Of a stretch of 32,000 nucleotides of DNA, positions 17,564 to 26,902 are shown piece after piece. The translations under genes and the position numbers were made by a program. The stretch comes from Aliivibrio fischeri ES114 (lineage in GTDB: Bacteria; Pseudomonadota; Gammaproteobacteria; Enterobacterales; Vibrionaceae). The notes under the pieces were generated by a model. The model ran no database searches. It was not told the DNA's origin and saw only the letters and a program-made list of their open reading frames with translations. Position 1 is the first letter of the stretch. Each line of letters starts with the position of its first letter. The stretch is from NCBI RefSeq assembly GCF_000011805.1, contig NC_006841.2; one strand, 5' to 3'.

Positions 17564-18442
17564 ATGAAACATACAAAAAAATTACTTTTTGTAACGACAC
17601 TACTGGCAAGTAATATTGCTTTCGCTGGAAGCATTATTAGTCAAGAGCAAGGAGATGGCTTAATTCAAGCACTAACAAAAGATTACAACCAATCTGACTC
17701 AAGTTGTGGAGGAGATGGAAGCCCATCATTCCTTTGTACTGGTATTATGCTACATGGTTCACGACCAACTAAAGACCATGTATGGAACCCAACAAAGGCT
17801 GAAAAAAAATCGGATGGTATATCATTCTCTTACCTACGCCACGATTCTAAATACTCTGAATTGGCTTATCGTTTTGACAGTGGTTACATCGTATATCAAA
17901 TCTTTGGCTCACCAAGTGATAAAATTGATTTAGAATATAACTGTTTCTTCCCTGTTGATGGTTCAACTGATGGGCGTGAATTTGCAGGTTGTGGCGCTCA
18001 TGAAAATTACCCAAGTGAGAGTGGTTCATGTGAATCACAAGGTATACATACTGCATATGAGTGGAAACAACATTATCAATCAACATCAGGTTCTAAGTCT
18101 GAGCATCAATGTTCGTTTGACGTAAGAGACGGCTCTAGCAGTACTTCATATAACTTTGCGCAAGGCTTAGCTGCAATGAAACTGATCTCTGACGAATCTA
18201 TGCACATTCAAAATGAAGTTCGTGCTTCATTGTGGCAGGACGATATTGGTGATGAACTTCCAATCCAAGCGTTTTTCTATCTTGAAGGTTCAAAATCTGT
18301 TGGCTTAGAAGAAGCACAAGACTACCAATCGGATTACTATAAAACGACAGGAATCGCTATTCCAGTGATTAAACTAACGCTTCCTAATAAATCATCTGAA
18401 GACGCTAAGTTTAAGTTCTCACGTAAAGAACAAGCAATCTAA
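17564..18442 (+). CDS. Halovibrin-like secreted protein (HvnA/HvnB family NAD+-glycohydrolase), second paralog
   Basis: Signal peptide MKHTKKLLFVTTLLASNIAFA; 'PSFLCTGIMLHGSRPTKDHVWNPTKAEKKSDGISFSYLRHDSKYSELAYRF...', 'LPIQAFFYLEG', 'YYKTTGIAIPVIKLTLP'; clear homolog of the ORF at 3751. Confidence 0.82.
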   Translation: MKHTKKLLFVTTLLASNIAFAGSIISQEQGDGLIQALTKDYNQSDSSCGGDGSPSFLCTGIMLHGSRPTKDHVWNPTKAEKKSDGISFSYLRHDSKYSELAYRFDSGYIVYQIFGSPSDKIDLEYNCFFPVDGSTDGREFAGCGAHENYPSESGSCESQGIHTAYEWKQHYQSTSGSKSEHQCSFDVRDGSSSTSYNFAQGLAAMKLISDESMHIQNEVRASLWQDDIGDELPIQAFFYLEGSKSVGLEEAQDYQSDYYKTTGIAIPVIKLTLPNKSSEDAKFKFSRKEQAI

Positions 18443-18460
18443 TCGTCATTATTAAGTTCA

Positions 18461-18487
18461 GGCCACGACGATTTGTTCGTGGTCTTT
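18461..18487 (+). terminator. Rho-independent terminator after the second halovibrin gene
   Basis: GGCCACGA-cgatttgt-TCGTGGTC followed by TTTTTT. Confidence 0.85.
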
Positions 18488-18596
18488 TTTGTCAAAACAG
18501 TAATCTTACATTACTCACAAAGACCATTAAATTCTGTTTTGTTTCCGATATGATGTTTTTATCAATAATTAATGAATACTTTAGCCGGAGCTACGC

Positions 18597-18812
18597 ATGA
18601 AGAAAATCGTCCCATTTATTTTACTCGCCTTTTTCAGCTTGCGTTTATTTGCTTCTGTCGGTCCTCATATTCAACAGCTAGAACATGATGGTTTTACAAT
18701 TCTTCGTTCAGCTCTTATTGTTGGTGCAGTCTGTTTTGCCATTTCATTAATAATTAAGAAGTTTAAAAAACCGACTCAGATAGAAACCAAATCAGAAGAT
18801 AATCTAGATTAG
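18597..18812 (+). CDS. Small membrane protein, hypothetical
   Basis: 71 aa; N-terminal hydrophobic/signal segment plus one TM (ILRSALIVGAVCFAISLII); followed by a strong terminator. Confidence 0.6.
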   Translation: MKKIVPFILLAFFSLRLFASVGPHIQQLEHDGFTILRSALIVGAVCFAISLIIKKFKKPTQIETKSEDNLD

Positions 18813-18820
18813 AATCCATA

Positions 18821-18854
18821 AAAAAAGAGTGACCGTTTGGTCACTCTTTTTTGT
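18821..18854. terminator. Bidirectional Rho-independent terminator
   Basis: AAAAAAGAGTGACC-gttt-GGTCACTCTTTTTT between convergent genes. Confidence 0.92.
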
Positions 18855-18863
18855 TTCTGCATT

Positions 18864-20468
18864 TTATGCTTCGTGTTTATAAATATGCAGGTCACGTTGT
18901 GGGAACGGAATACTCACACCTTCCGCATCCAAACGTTTTTTAACGGTTTCAGTTACTTCCCAGTACACATCCCAGTAATCATCAGTCTTAACCCAAGGGC
19001 GCACAATAAAGTCCACAGATGATTCATTTAGAGTATGCAATTTAACCATAGGTTCTGGTGTTTTTAATACTGCTGGGTGACTTTCTAAAATATCAGTAAA
19101 GATAGCTTTTGCTTTTTCAATATCGTCTTGATAACCAATACCAAACACCATGTCTACACGACGCTCAGTTTCGATAGTTACGTTCTTAATTACGTCACCC
19201 CAAATCTTATTATTAGGGAAGATTAAGTTTTGGTTATCAACGGTTTTAATCGTTGTTGATACCAGGTTCATGCGATTAACTTTACCCACAATGCCACCAA
19301 TATCAACCAAATCACCCACATCAAACGGACGATAAATCAGGATCATCATGCCAGATGCAAAGTTAGATAACGTGTCTTTTAATGCAAAACCAATAACAAC
19401 ACCAGCAACACCAAAACCAGTTAATAATGGACCTAAATTAATACCGATTTGAGATAGAGCAATTAAAATACCAATCATCATGACAAACTTTGAGCCCATA
19501 GACACAAAGAACTCTTGCATTAACTTGCTGAATTTCATTTTTGAGTGAGAAACGCTTCTCTTAATTGCACTCTTCGCAAGACGAGAAAGGAAATTCGTAA
19601 TCCAAAGAATAACGGCAAAAATGATTAACTTAACAATGATAGATGGTGCATTTTCTACCGCCCAATCTTTAAAGCGAGTAACCCACTCTTCAGTTAGACC
19701 ATATGCAACGCTGATATCTAATACATCACTGTTAATATCACCTGTCACAGAGAAGATAAGCTGCTTATATTCTGTAATATCAATGTTATTTTGTTCCATT
19801 AATGCGGTGGTTACTTCTAAACTCGCAATCATTAATGAAATACGTTCAGTCAAGCTAGTCGCATTTTGCGTAAGAAGGTCTTTCTTCTCAGCAGATGCAT
19901 ATTGCATACGCTTAGCAATATCTGACTTTTGTGACTCAAGGTAATGAATGATATTAGATAACAAATCAGCACGATTTGTTAACTCTTTTAAAATCGCTGT
20001 TTTTTCTTTAGTGAAATCAATATTTAGAGTTTCGCCCCATGACAGTGTTTTGAATGCTTCTTCATAATATACATCCATAATGCCAAGACGTTTTTGCGCC
20101 GCAAATTCTAAATCGTCTTTCTCTTCACCCTTTGCTTTACGAACCGCTTTAGTTAACTCAACCAGATCTTGATGGCTTAACTTCAATAGGTTCCCCATAA
20201 GCGTCATCTCTGAACGAACAACCTCATCTAACCCCTTTACACTTGGATTATCTTGTAGTTGTAGTTCAATATCAGCTCGAATCTTGTCATTTTTACGACG
20301 CAATACATCTTCAAAAAACAATTTATCGGCAGGATCAGCCGTTGATAACTGAACTAATCTTTCTTTTAACTCTTGTTGAAGCGTAACCATGCTATCAATA
20401 GATTGAGCGTAGGCAGGAGCCATCATACTCATCATTAATAACAACGCGGCAAAATACTTTTTAATCAT
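18864..20468 (-). CDS. Mechanosensitive ion channel (MscS family) with signal peptide and extended N-terminal domain
   Basis: 'FGVAGVVIGFALKDTLSNFASGMMILIYRPFDVGDLVDIGGIVGKVNRMNLVSTTIKTVDNQNLIFPNNKIWGDVIKN' is typical MscS. Start at 20468 (MIKKYFAALLLMMSMMAPAYA) preferred over 20525. Confidence 0.92.
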   Translation of the reverse strand: MIKKYFAALLLMMSMMAPAYAQSIDSMVTLQQELKERLVQLSTADPADKLFFEDVLRRKNDKIRADIELQLQDNPSVKGLDEVVRSEMTLMGNLLKLSHQDLVELTKAVRKAKGEEKDDLEFAAQKRLGIMDVYYEEAFKTLSWGETLNIDFTKEKTAILKELTNRADLLSNIIHYLESQKSDIAKRMQYASAEKKDLLTQNATSLTERISLMIASLEVTTALMEQNNIDITEYKQLIFSVTGDINSDVLDISVAYGLTEEWVTRFKDWAVENAPSIIVKLIIFAVILWITNFLSRLAKSAIKRSVSHSKMKFSKLMQEFFVSMGSKFVMMIGILIALSQIGINLGPLLTGFGVAGVVIGFALKDTLSNFASGMMILIYRPFDVGDLVDIGGIVGKVNRMNLVSTTIKTVDNQNLIFPNNKIWGDVIKNVTIETERRVDMVFGIGYQDDIEKAKAIFTDILESHPAVLKTPEPMVKLHTLNESSVDFIVRPWVKTDDYWDVYWEVTETVKKRLDAEGVSIPFPQRDLHIYKHEA

Positions 20469-20654
20469 AAAAAACGTCCTATATAAATCATGACCATATA
20501 ATAATTGATACCAAGCTATTCTCATCTATAACAAATACAAATAACAGTGACGAATGATGAAAGCTTGTTCATTTGTTGGAATTTTGTGAGATTAAAAGTA
20601 TCTATTTGAATTTATAAATTAGTCTTTTTGTTTTCAATCTGCGGTTTTCTTGTA

Positions 20655-20686
20655 TAAAAAAAAGCGCATCCATCAAATGGATACGC
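20655..20686 (-). terminator. Rho-independent terminator after the FMN-reductase gene
   Basis: Minus strand GCGTATCCAT-TTG-ATGGATGCGC followed by TTTTTTT (one internal mismatch). Confidence 0.8.
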
Positions 20687-20704
20687 CTCTATTTTCATGA
20701 AAAC

Positions 20705-21226
20705 TTATAATACTGACATGATTGTTTTTAACTCAGCAATCAATGCTTCATTACGCAGCTCACCTTTTTCCATATCAAAGTTATCGTAAAAACTTGGAAC
20801 AGATAGTGAACCTTTAACATCTGCAGCAAAGTAAGGCGCAGATCCTGTAGCTGCTGCTAATACTGTTGCAGCACCACCAGGACCAGGAGATGTTGCTAAC
20901 ATCACAACAGGTTTACCTTGGTACACTTTCATATCAATACGAGAAGTCCAATCAAACACATTCTTAAACGCTGTAGCATAAGAGCCATTATGTTCAGCAT
21001 AAGAAATGACAATCGCATCCGCTTCACCAATTTTTTGGAAGAAGCGCTTCGCTTGCTCTGGTTGACCGATTTCTTTTTCTTTATCTTCACTAAAGATAGG
21101 CATTTCATAATCATTAATGTCTAGCACTTCTACTTCAGCACCGGCAACCAAACCTGCTGCATACGTTGCTAGTTGTTTGTTAATTGATGTTGAACTGCTG
21201 CTTGCTGCTAATGCTAAAATTTTCAT
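20705..21226 (-). CDS. NADPH-dependent FMN reductase family oxidoreductase
   Basis: 'ILALAASSSSTSINKQLATYAAG', 'ADAIVISYAEHNGSYATAFKNVFDW', 'KPVVMLATSPGPGGAATVL' flavodoxin-like fold. Confidence 0.9.
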   Translation of the reverse strand: MKILALAASSSSTSINKQLATYAAGLVAGAEVEVLDINDYEMPIFSEDKEKEIGQPEQAKRFFQKIGEADAIVISYAEHNGSYATAFKNVFDWTSRIDMKVYQGKPVVMLATSPGPGGAATVLAAATGSAPYFAADVKGSLSVPSFYDNFDMEKGELRNEALIAELKTIMSVL

Positions 21227-21402
21227 CGGGATACCTTCATATTCTATTTAAGTAAAAAGAGTAGTTAATGCTCTGCTCTTTTCAAATCTATTGTTCTTGT
21301 TTGCGATGGAATAACTATAATTCATTCACAAATATTGATTAATAGCCTAAATGTGTAATGATTGTTTCCATATGACTCTTAATAAACTTAAAGATACGTA
21401 AT

Positions 21403-22305
21403 ATGGCATTTAATTCAGCATTGTTTGATGGCATGGTCATTTTCTCAGAAGTAGTGACCAGTGGTAGCTTTACTCAGGCCGCTCTTAATAGTGGGCACTC
21501 AACCTCTTACATCAGTAAAGAGATTGGAAAATTAGAAGAGCGCTTAGGTGTTCGTCTACTTCATCGCACCACTCGAACGTTACGATTGACTCCTGAAGGC
21601 GAACTTTATTTTCAACAATGCCAACAGCTAATTGAAGATGCTCAAATGGCTGAAAATTCGATTACAGGACAACAAGAAAAACCTAAAGGTCGATTAAAAG
21701 TTAGCTGTCCTGTTGGATTTGCACTGTCTCGCTTACGTCCAATATTGGGAAAGTTTACTGACTTATACCCAGACATTATCTTAGAGTTAGATTTGAATGA
21801 CAAAAAGATTGATATTGTGGCTGAAGGATTTGATATGGCAATTAGAGCGTCACATCAGCTCGAAGATTCTAGCTTAATCAGCCGTCGCTTTTTACGTTCA
21901 AAAGCCATCACTATCGCCTCTCCTGGATACCTAAAAAAGCACGGGGCACCACTGTACCCTCATGATCTCTCTTCACATAAAACAATAGGCTATGCCTATG
22001 TAAAACAAGGGGCAATTTGGGATTTTTTTGATAAAAACAAACAACCATTCTCAGTGCAGCTAAACAGTCAAGTGATTACTAATAATTCATTTATGGCATT
22101 ATCGCTGTGTTTAGCAGAACAAGGGATAACTCGTATCCCTCATTTTCATTTAACCGATGAATTAGAAACGGGTAAGCTAGTTGAGTTATTTGCAGACTAT
22201 CCAAAATTAACTATTGATATCTTTATGGTTTATCCAAGCCGAAAACATATGTCGGCCAAGGTGCGATGCTTTATGGACTTCATCTCTGAACACCTTGGTG
22301 ATTGA
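21403..22305 (+). CDS. LysR-family transcriptional regulator
   Basis: N-terminal HTH 'FSEVVTSGSFTQAALNSGHSTSYISKEIGKLEERLGVRLLHRTTRTLRLTPEGELYF'; divergent from the FMN reductase gene. Confidence 0.95.
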   Translation: MAFNSALFDGMVIFSEVVTSGSFTQAALNSGHSTSYISKEIGKLEERLGVRLLHRTTRTLRLTPEGELYFQQCQQLIEDAQMAENSITGQQEKPKGRLKVSCPVGFALSRLRPILGKFTDLYPDIILELDLNDKKIDIVAEGFDMAIRASHQLEDSSLISRRFLRSKAITIASPGYLKKHGAPLYPHDLSSHKTIGYAYVKQGAIWDFFDKNKQPFSVQLNSQVITNNSFMALSLCLAEQGITRIPHFHLTDELETGKLVELFADYPKLTIDIFMVYPSRKHMSAKVRCFMDFISEHLGD

Positions 22306-22311
22306 TAGGTA

Positions 22312-23151
22312 TTACTCTTCTAATAGAGTTTCAAAGCGCTCCAAGCCTCTTAAAGGGTCAAAATCAGGCTCTTCTAATACAAGTTCACGCATAGACGTAC
22401 TCGCCTCAATAGAACGCTGCAAGTCATCAATGGCTTGCACTTCTGCCCCTAATTGCGCATATGCACATGCTCGCTGGAATAGTGCATGTGCATTTTGATC
22501 ATCCACTTCTAAAACACGATTACATAAATTCAAAGCCCAATGGAATTCACGCATCTCCATTGCCGCATCCGCTTTATACGTTAACGCTTCTAAATCACCC
22601 GGTCTTACCTTTAAAATCTCATCATAAATATCCATTTTCTGCTCAGGGGTTTGCACACTTTGAGCACGGAGCCATAAATTGTGCACTTCATTAATGATTT
22701 CAATTTCACGGTTATTCTCGGTAATAATGCGCGTTTTACGCTTTAGGTCACGCTCTAATGCAACAAACTTCTTCTCATAGTCTTCCGCTATTTTATTAAG
22801 TTGTTTATCTGCCATTTCTTTGGTGTTTTGCTTCATCTCTCTTAATGATTGCCAACCAATCAATGCAATCAAAGAAGCAACCGCTGCAATAACATAGAAA
22901 AAGTAAGTTACGGTTGTATTAGAGTAATTTAATGATTTATCAGCAACCGCTAATTCGCGATCGGTAATTTGTATCGTCATTCTACGTTCTAAGTCTTGTT
23001 GTTCAGTTCTTAATGACTTCAACTCATCAAGAATATAACGCTCCATTAACGGGCGGTCTAAATACTCTTGTTCAGAATACGTTACTTCTTCTGCTTGTAA
23101 TGACAATGAAGTAAAAAGAGTAATGAGGAGCAAAAAGAGGTGTCGATACAT
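22312..23151 (-). CDS. Membrane protein with signal peptide, coiled coil and TPR-like repeats
   Basis: Signal MYRHLFLLLITLFTSLSLQA, TM 'TVTYFFYVIAAVASLIALIGW', TPR-like 'MDIYDEILKVRPGDLEALTYKADAAMEMREFHWALNLCNRVLEVDDQNAHALFQRACAYAQLG'. Caller start at 23232. Confidence 0.8.
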   Translation of the reverse strand: MYRHLFLLLITLFTSLSLQAEEVTYSEQEYLDRPLMERYILDELKSLRTEQQDLERRMTIQITDRELAVADKSLNYSNTTVTYFFYVIAAVASLIALIGWQSLREMKQNTKEMADKQLNKIAEDYEKKFVALERDLKRKTRIITENNREIEIINEVHNLWLRAQSVQTPEQKMDIYDEILKVRPGDLEALTYKADAAMEMREFHWALNLCNRVLEVDDQNAHALFQRACAYAQLGAEVQAIDDLQRSIEASTSMRELVLEEPDFDPLRGLERFETLLEE

Positions 23152-23242
23152 AGGGATACCCTTATTAATCGTGTATTTAAAGGTGATATACATAAAGATA
23201 ACACATCCAAGGCAGCAACACCCAATTAACAAAGGAAACCAA

Positions 23243-23830
23243 TTAAAATCCCATCACCATAGAACCAACAAGTAAACCAGCCATACTGTAATTAAAAAGC
23301 TTCAAATGCCTCGGTGTTTTCAATCTCTTTTGTAGTTCTTTGCCCGCAACCGTCCAAAAACTCACTGTAGGGACATTAATACAAATAAACACGAACGCAA
23401 TTAGCAATACACTGAACATGTCAGAAGTAGTTGCATAGATACTCATCACAGATAAAGCCATCGACCATCCTTTCGGATTCACCCATTGGAAACTTGCCGC
23501 AGCTAAAAATGACATGGGCTTATAATCACCAACACGACTGTCTACAGGTTCACTTCGAGCAATTTTATACGCCAAATACAATAAATAAATAGCACTCAGA
23601 ATCTGTAAACCCTTCTCTAATTGTGGGTAAGTATGGAAAATCTGAATTAAGCCAAAACCAACAAGCACTAACATAAATGCAAAACCGAATATCACGCCAA
23701 GCATATGTGGAATGGTACGAACAAAACCGACATTAGCTCCTGATGCCATGAGCATAATATTATTCGGACCCGGCGTGAATGCACCAACGAAAGCAAAAGT
23801 AATTAACGCAAGTAAATGAGGATATTCCAT
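23243..23830 (-). CDS. LysE family translocator
   Basis: 'LITFAFVGAFTPGPNNIMLMASGANVGFVRTIPHMLGVIFGF' and 'QWVNPKGWSMAL'. Confidence 0.9.
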   Translation of the reverse strand: MEYPHLLALITFAFVGAFTPGPNNIMLMASGANVGFVRTIPHMLGVIFGFAFMLVLVGFGLIQIFHTYPQLEKGLQILSAIYLLYLAYKIARSEPVDSRVGDYKPMSFLAAASFQWVNPKGWSMALSVMSIYATTSDMFSVLLIAFVFICINVPTVSFWTVAGKELQKRLKTPRHLKLFNYSMAGLLVGSMVMGF

Positions 23831-23938
23831 AGTGATAATCTTATTAAATTAAATTCTGCTTGTATCTTAATGCGAGACTGAGTAAATTTTCTGTCTATAT
23901 TTGTTTAAAATAAAACTATTTCACAAGGAATTGTCACT

Positions 23939-24382
23939 ATGGATAGATTTGACGAAAGAATATTGCAAGAGTTGAAATTAAATGGCCGATTAACCAATGT
24001 GGAGTTATCTGAACGTATTGGATTATCACCTTCGGCAACACTTAGGCGAGTACAAGAATTAGAGCGTAATGGGACAATTCAAGGCTATCGAGCAATATTG
24101 AACCCAAGTAAATGTGGGATAGGTTTTGTGGCTTATGTAACTATCGGACTATCTGATCACAGTAAGAAATCACAAAAGGATTTCGAAGAACAAATAATGG
24201 AATCGAAAGAAGTGACTGAATGCCACAATATTACGGGGTCAAATGAGTATTTATTGCGAGTTGAAACTGAGAGTCTATCTTCCTATAAGCAGTTTCATTC
24301 AAACGTACTTGGAGAGATCTCTCAGGTCAACTCAATTGGCACCTTAGTGGTGATGGATACGCCTAAAGATGAACGAACTTAG
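23939..24382 (+). CDS. Lrp/AsnC family transcriptional regulator
   Basis: 'MDRFDERILQELKLNGRLTNVELSERIGLSPSATLRRVQELERNGTIQGYRAILNPSKCGIGFVAYV' with a C-terminal RAM-like domain; divergent from lysE-like gene. Confidence 0.95.
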   Translation: MDRFDERILQELKLNGRLTNVELSERIGLSPSATLRRVQELERNGTIQGYRAILNPSKCGIGFVAYVTIGLSDHSKKSQKDFEEQIMESKEVTECHNITGSNEYLLRVETESLSSYKQFHSNVLGEISQVNSIGTLVVMDTPKDERT

Positions 24383-25062
24383 GCGTGTGAATACTTTGCT
24401 AATACACCATCTCGATTTAATTGGTGCAGTTGTTTTGATGAACTAATGATCATTTTAACTGGCACAATAATAAAGTAGACAGACGCCATAACAACCATGA
24501 TTGGGTCAGCAAGTTGTGCATAGTGCGCATATGATGTTAGTAACAATACTTTAGCAATCATAAAGCCAACAAATACAGCAGCACTAATTACGGTATCCAT
24601 TAACCACTGTTTTGCTTCCGCATCAACAAGTGCCGAGTTGACTTCACGACCTTGGGTTTTCATTACCCAATAACTGGTGTAACAACCTATCATGCTGAAA
24701 ACACCAAACGCTAATGCGATACCAGTATTCACTTCTCGGCCACCTTCCATAATTGCTTGAACAGCAGCAACAAATGAAAGTACACACATTAAGGTAATTG
24801 CGATCCCTTTAAGCAAGATTACTGAAGACTCAATTACCTTAACACGCTTAATATTCTTCGAAACGTCTTCCTTTCGAATATACAGCACAGCCACTAACGA
24901 AATTAACGTTAAACCTAAACTCACTAGTGAATAAACACCATCAAAAATAATAACTAATGAATGAATCAACATACCTAATACAATACCTAGCATTGCAAAC
25001 AGTAACGCTGAAAACGTTGAAACCAGTAATAATTGCCTTTCTTTTTTAATTGAATACGACAT
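24379..25062 (-). CDS. Cation diffusion facilitator-like membrane protein
   Basis: 'LVIIFDGVYSLVSLGLTLISLVA', 'SALVDAEAKQWLMDTVISAAVFVGF', 'YAQLADPIMVVMASVYFII' CDF-like transmembrane core; no long C-terminal domain. Confidence 0.75.
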   Translation of the reverse strand: MSYSIKKERQLLLVSTFSALLFAMLGIVLGMLIHSLVIIFDGVYSLVSLGLTLISLVAVLYIRKEDVSKNIKRVKVIESSVILLKGIAITLMCVLSFVAAVQAIMEGGREVNTGIALAFGVFSMIGCYTSYWVMKTQGREVNSALVDAEAKQWLMDTVISAAVFVGFMIAKVLLLTSYAHYAQLADPIMVVMASVYFIIVPVKMIISSSKQLHQLNRDGVLAKYSHA

Positions 25063-25200
25063 ATTTTCCTCCATCGACTTATTTTTCGTCTTTTTTATGT
25101 ATACAAAGCATCATATAGAGAAAAATGGTGATAGGATAATCAGTCAGCGCCAAGTAATTCGTCGCTAAGATTTTGATAACATAATTTATCGAGAAAAATC

Positions 25201-26085
25201 ATGAAAACTAGCCAAATTGAAATGCTCTTATATACCGTCGAATTGGGTTCTATTGCAGAGGCCGCCCGCAAACTTCAAAAAAGCCGAACTACGGTCAGTG
25301 CGGCATTGAGCACTCTTGAAGATGAGCTTGGCGTTACGCTTTTAGTTCGTACTGGCAATCGTATTACTCCAACAGAGATTGGGGAATCCATTGTTAATGA
25401 TTGCCAGCGCATGATGGTCATTAGTAATGACATAGTGAGTAAGTGCTTACAATATAACGAAGGGATTGCCTCAACCATTCGTGTTGTTCGAGACGATTCA
25501 CTACCAGAACCAATTTGGCGTGATATTTTGACTCGCATGAGCCGTAAATTCCCAAATACCAGTATTTCAATTTACGTCGCCCCATCACCAGAACTTGAAG
25601 AAATGGTAGAGCAAAACGTCGTTGATGTGGCTTATGGGATATTACCGATCAATAGCCAACTTTTGCATGTTCAACAGAACGAGTTAGGGCAAATTCGCAT
25701 GATGTCAGTAGCGCATAAAGAACATCCACTAAGCCTGCTCAGAAAAGTAAGCCCTACGGATTTAGAAAGCCATACTGAGATCATTGTGAACTATATTGAT
25801 GATGATGAATTAATGGTATTCGAACCTAAATCCAGCAAATACATTGCCCTTACTTTCTACGAGCACCTGCGTGATGCGGTCTTAGATAAAACAGGATGGT
25901 CATCCGTTCCTGCATTATTAATTAATGAACATTTACGTGATGGTACTTTAAAGGTTCTTAAACATAATCGTGCAATGAACTGGCAATCTTTCGCTGAAAT
26001 GACCAAGACTACCATGCCCCGTGGTGTGATTATTGATTGGTTATCAGAACAAGTTGAAGACTATTTATTAGAAGTCTCAGAATAA
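25201..26085 (+). CDS. LysR-family transcriptional regulator
   Basis: 'MLLYTVELGSIAEAARKLQKSRTTVSAALSTLEDELGVTLLVRTGNRITPTEIG'. Confidence 0.95.
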   Translation: MKTSQIEMLLYTVELGSIAEAARKLQKSRTTVSAALSTLEDELGVTLLVRTGNRITPTEIGESIVNDCQRMMVISNDIVSKCLQYNEGIASTIRVVRDDSLPEPIWRDILTRMSRKFPNTSISIYVAPSPELEEMVEQNVVDVAYGILPINSQLLHVQQNELGQIRMMSVAHKEHPLSLLRKVSPTDLESHTEIIVNYIDDDELMVFEPKSSKYIALTFYEHLRDAVLDKTGWSSVPALLINEHLRDGTLKVLKHNRAMNWQSFAEMTKTTMPRGVIIDWLSEQVEDYLLEVSE

Positions 26086-26167
26086 TGATTTCTTTCATTC
26101 AAAATAAGCAGTAAATTATTCATGATTCACATATGAAAAGGGGCTTAATCATAGCCCTTAATACCAA

Positions 26168-26809
26168 ATGCAGCAGTACATGGAATTATTTATGAGCATT
26201 GAAACTTATCTTCTTTTTATCGCAGGGATGTTCGCCTTTTGTGCGATGCCTGGCGCTGATTTCTTTTACGTTCTTTCAAGAGCCTTAGGCGGTGGTGCCA
26301 AAACAGGGGTTTATGCCGCTGTGGGTATTGCCACTGGTGTTCTTTTTCATACCTTTTTAGCTGTTGTTGGCTTAAGTGCACTACTGCTCTCTTCAGCAAC
26401 CGCGTTTATGGTAATTAAATACATAGGTGCCGCTTACCTGTGTTATATCGGATTTAAAATGTTCACAGCAAAAGGCGGTTTTGGCCAAGTAGAAACCACT
26501 AATCGTACATCAGATATGAAAGTGTTTCGTCAAGGCATTCTAACTAATGCCCTCAATCCTAAAGTGTGTTTGACCTTTGTTGCTTTTATTCCTCAGTTTT
26601 TAACTCCAGAGACATCATCACCTTTAATGATCGGAATGCTTGGTATTACTACCGCCGTTATCGCTCTATTATGGTTTACTTGCGTTGCCATTTTTGCAGC
26701 CAAATTTCGAACCGTCATTGCCGAGAGCAAAGCCTTTTCAAACATCTTGAAATACGGCCTAAGCTCTTTATTAGTAGGCTTTGGCGCTAAGTTAGCAATG
26801 ACTAACTAA
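26168..26809 (+). CDS. LysE/RhtB family translocator
   Basis: 'FCAMPGADFFYVLSRALGGGAKTGVYAAVGIATGVLFHTFLAVVGLSALL', 'NALNPKVCLTFVAFIPQF'. Confidence 0.93.
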   Translation: MQQYMELFMSIETYLLFIAGMFAFCAMPGADFFYVLSRALGGGAKTGVYAAVGIATGVLFHTFLAVVGLSALLLSSATAFMVIKYIGAAYLCYIGFKMFTAKGGFGQVETTNRTSDMKVFRQGILTNALNPKVCLTFVAFIPQFLTPETSSPLMIGMLGITTAVIALLWFTCVAIFAAKFRTVIAESKAFSNILKYGLSSLLVGFGAKLAMTN

Positions 26810-26824
26810 TATTAGTCTAAAATC

Positions 26825-26863
26825 AAAAAAGGGCTGAAGATATTGTATCTTCAGCCCTTTTTT
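26825..26863. terminator. Bidirectional Rho-independent terminator
   Basis: AAAAAAGGGCTGAAGATA-ttg-TATCTTCAGCCCTTTTTT between convergent genes. Confidence 0.95.
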
Positions 26864-26902
26864 ATCACTCCATCAGCATTTACTTATTTTCTTCAAAAGA
26901 GA

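Noticed and set aside
17706-19944. Short ORFs overlapping the halovibrin and MscS genes (17706, 17847, 18837, 19150, 19621)
   Set aside because: Contained in or antisense to well-supported genes.
24379-25062. CDF-like protein as a truncated pseudogene
   Set aside because: Short and lacking a clear cytoplasmic domain, but the frame is intact with a coherent TM pattern, so it is kept as a CDS.
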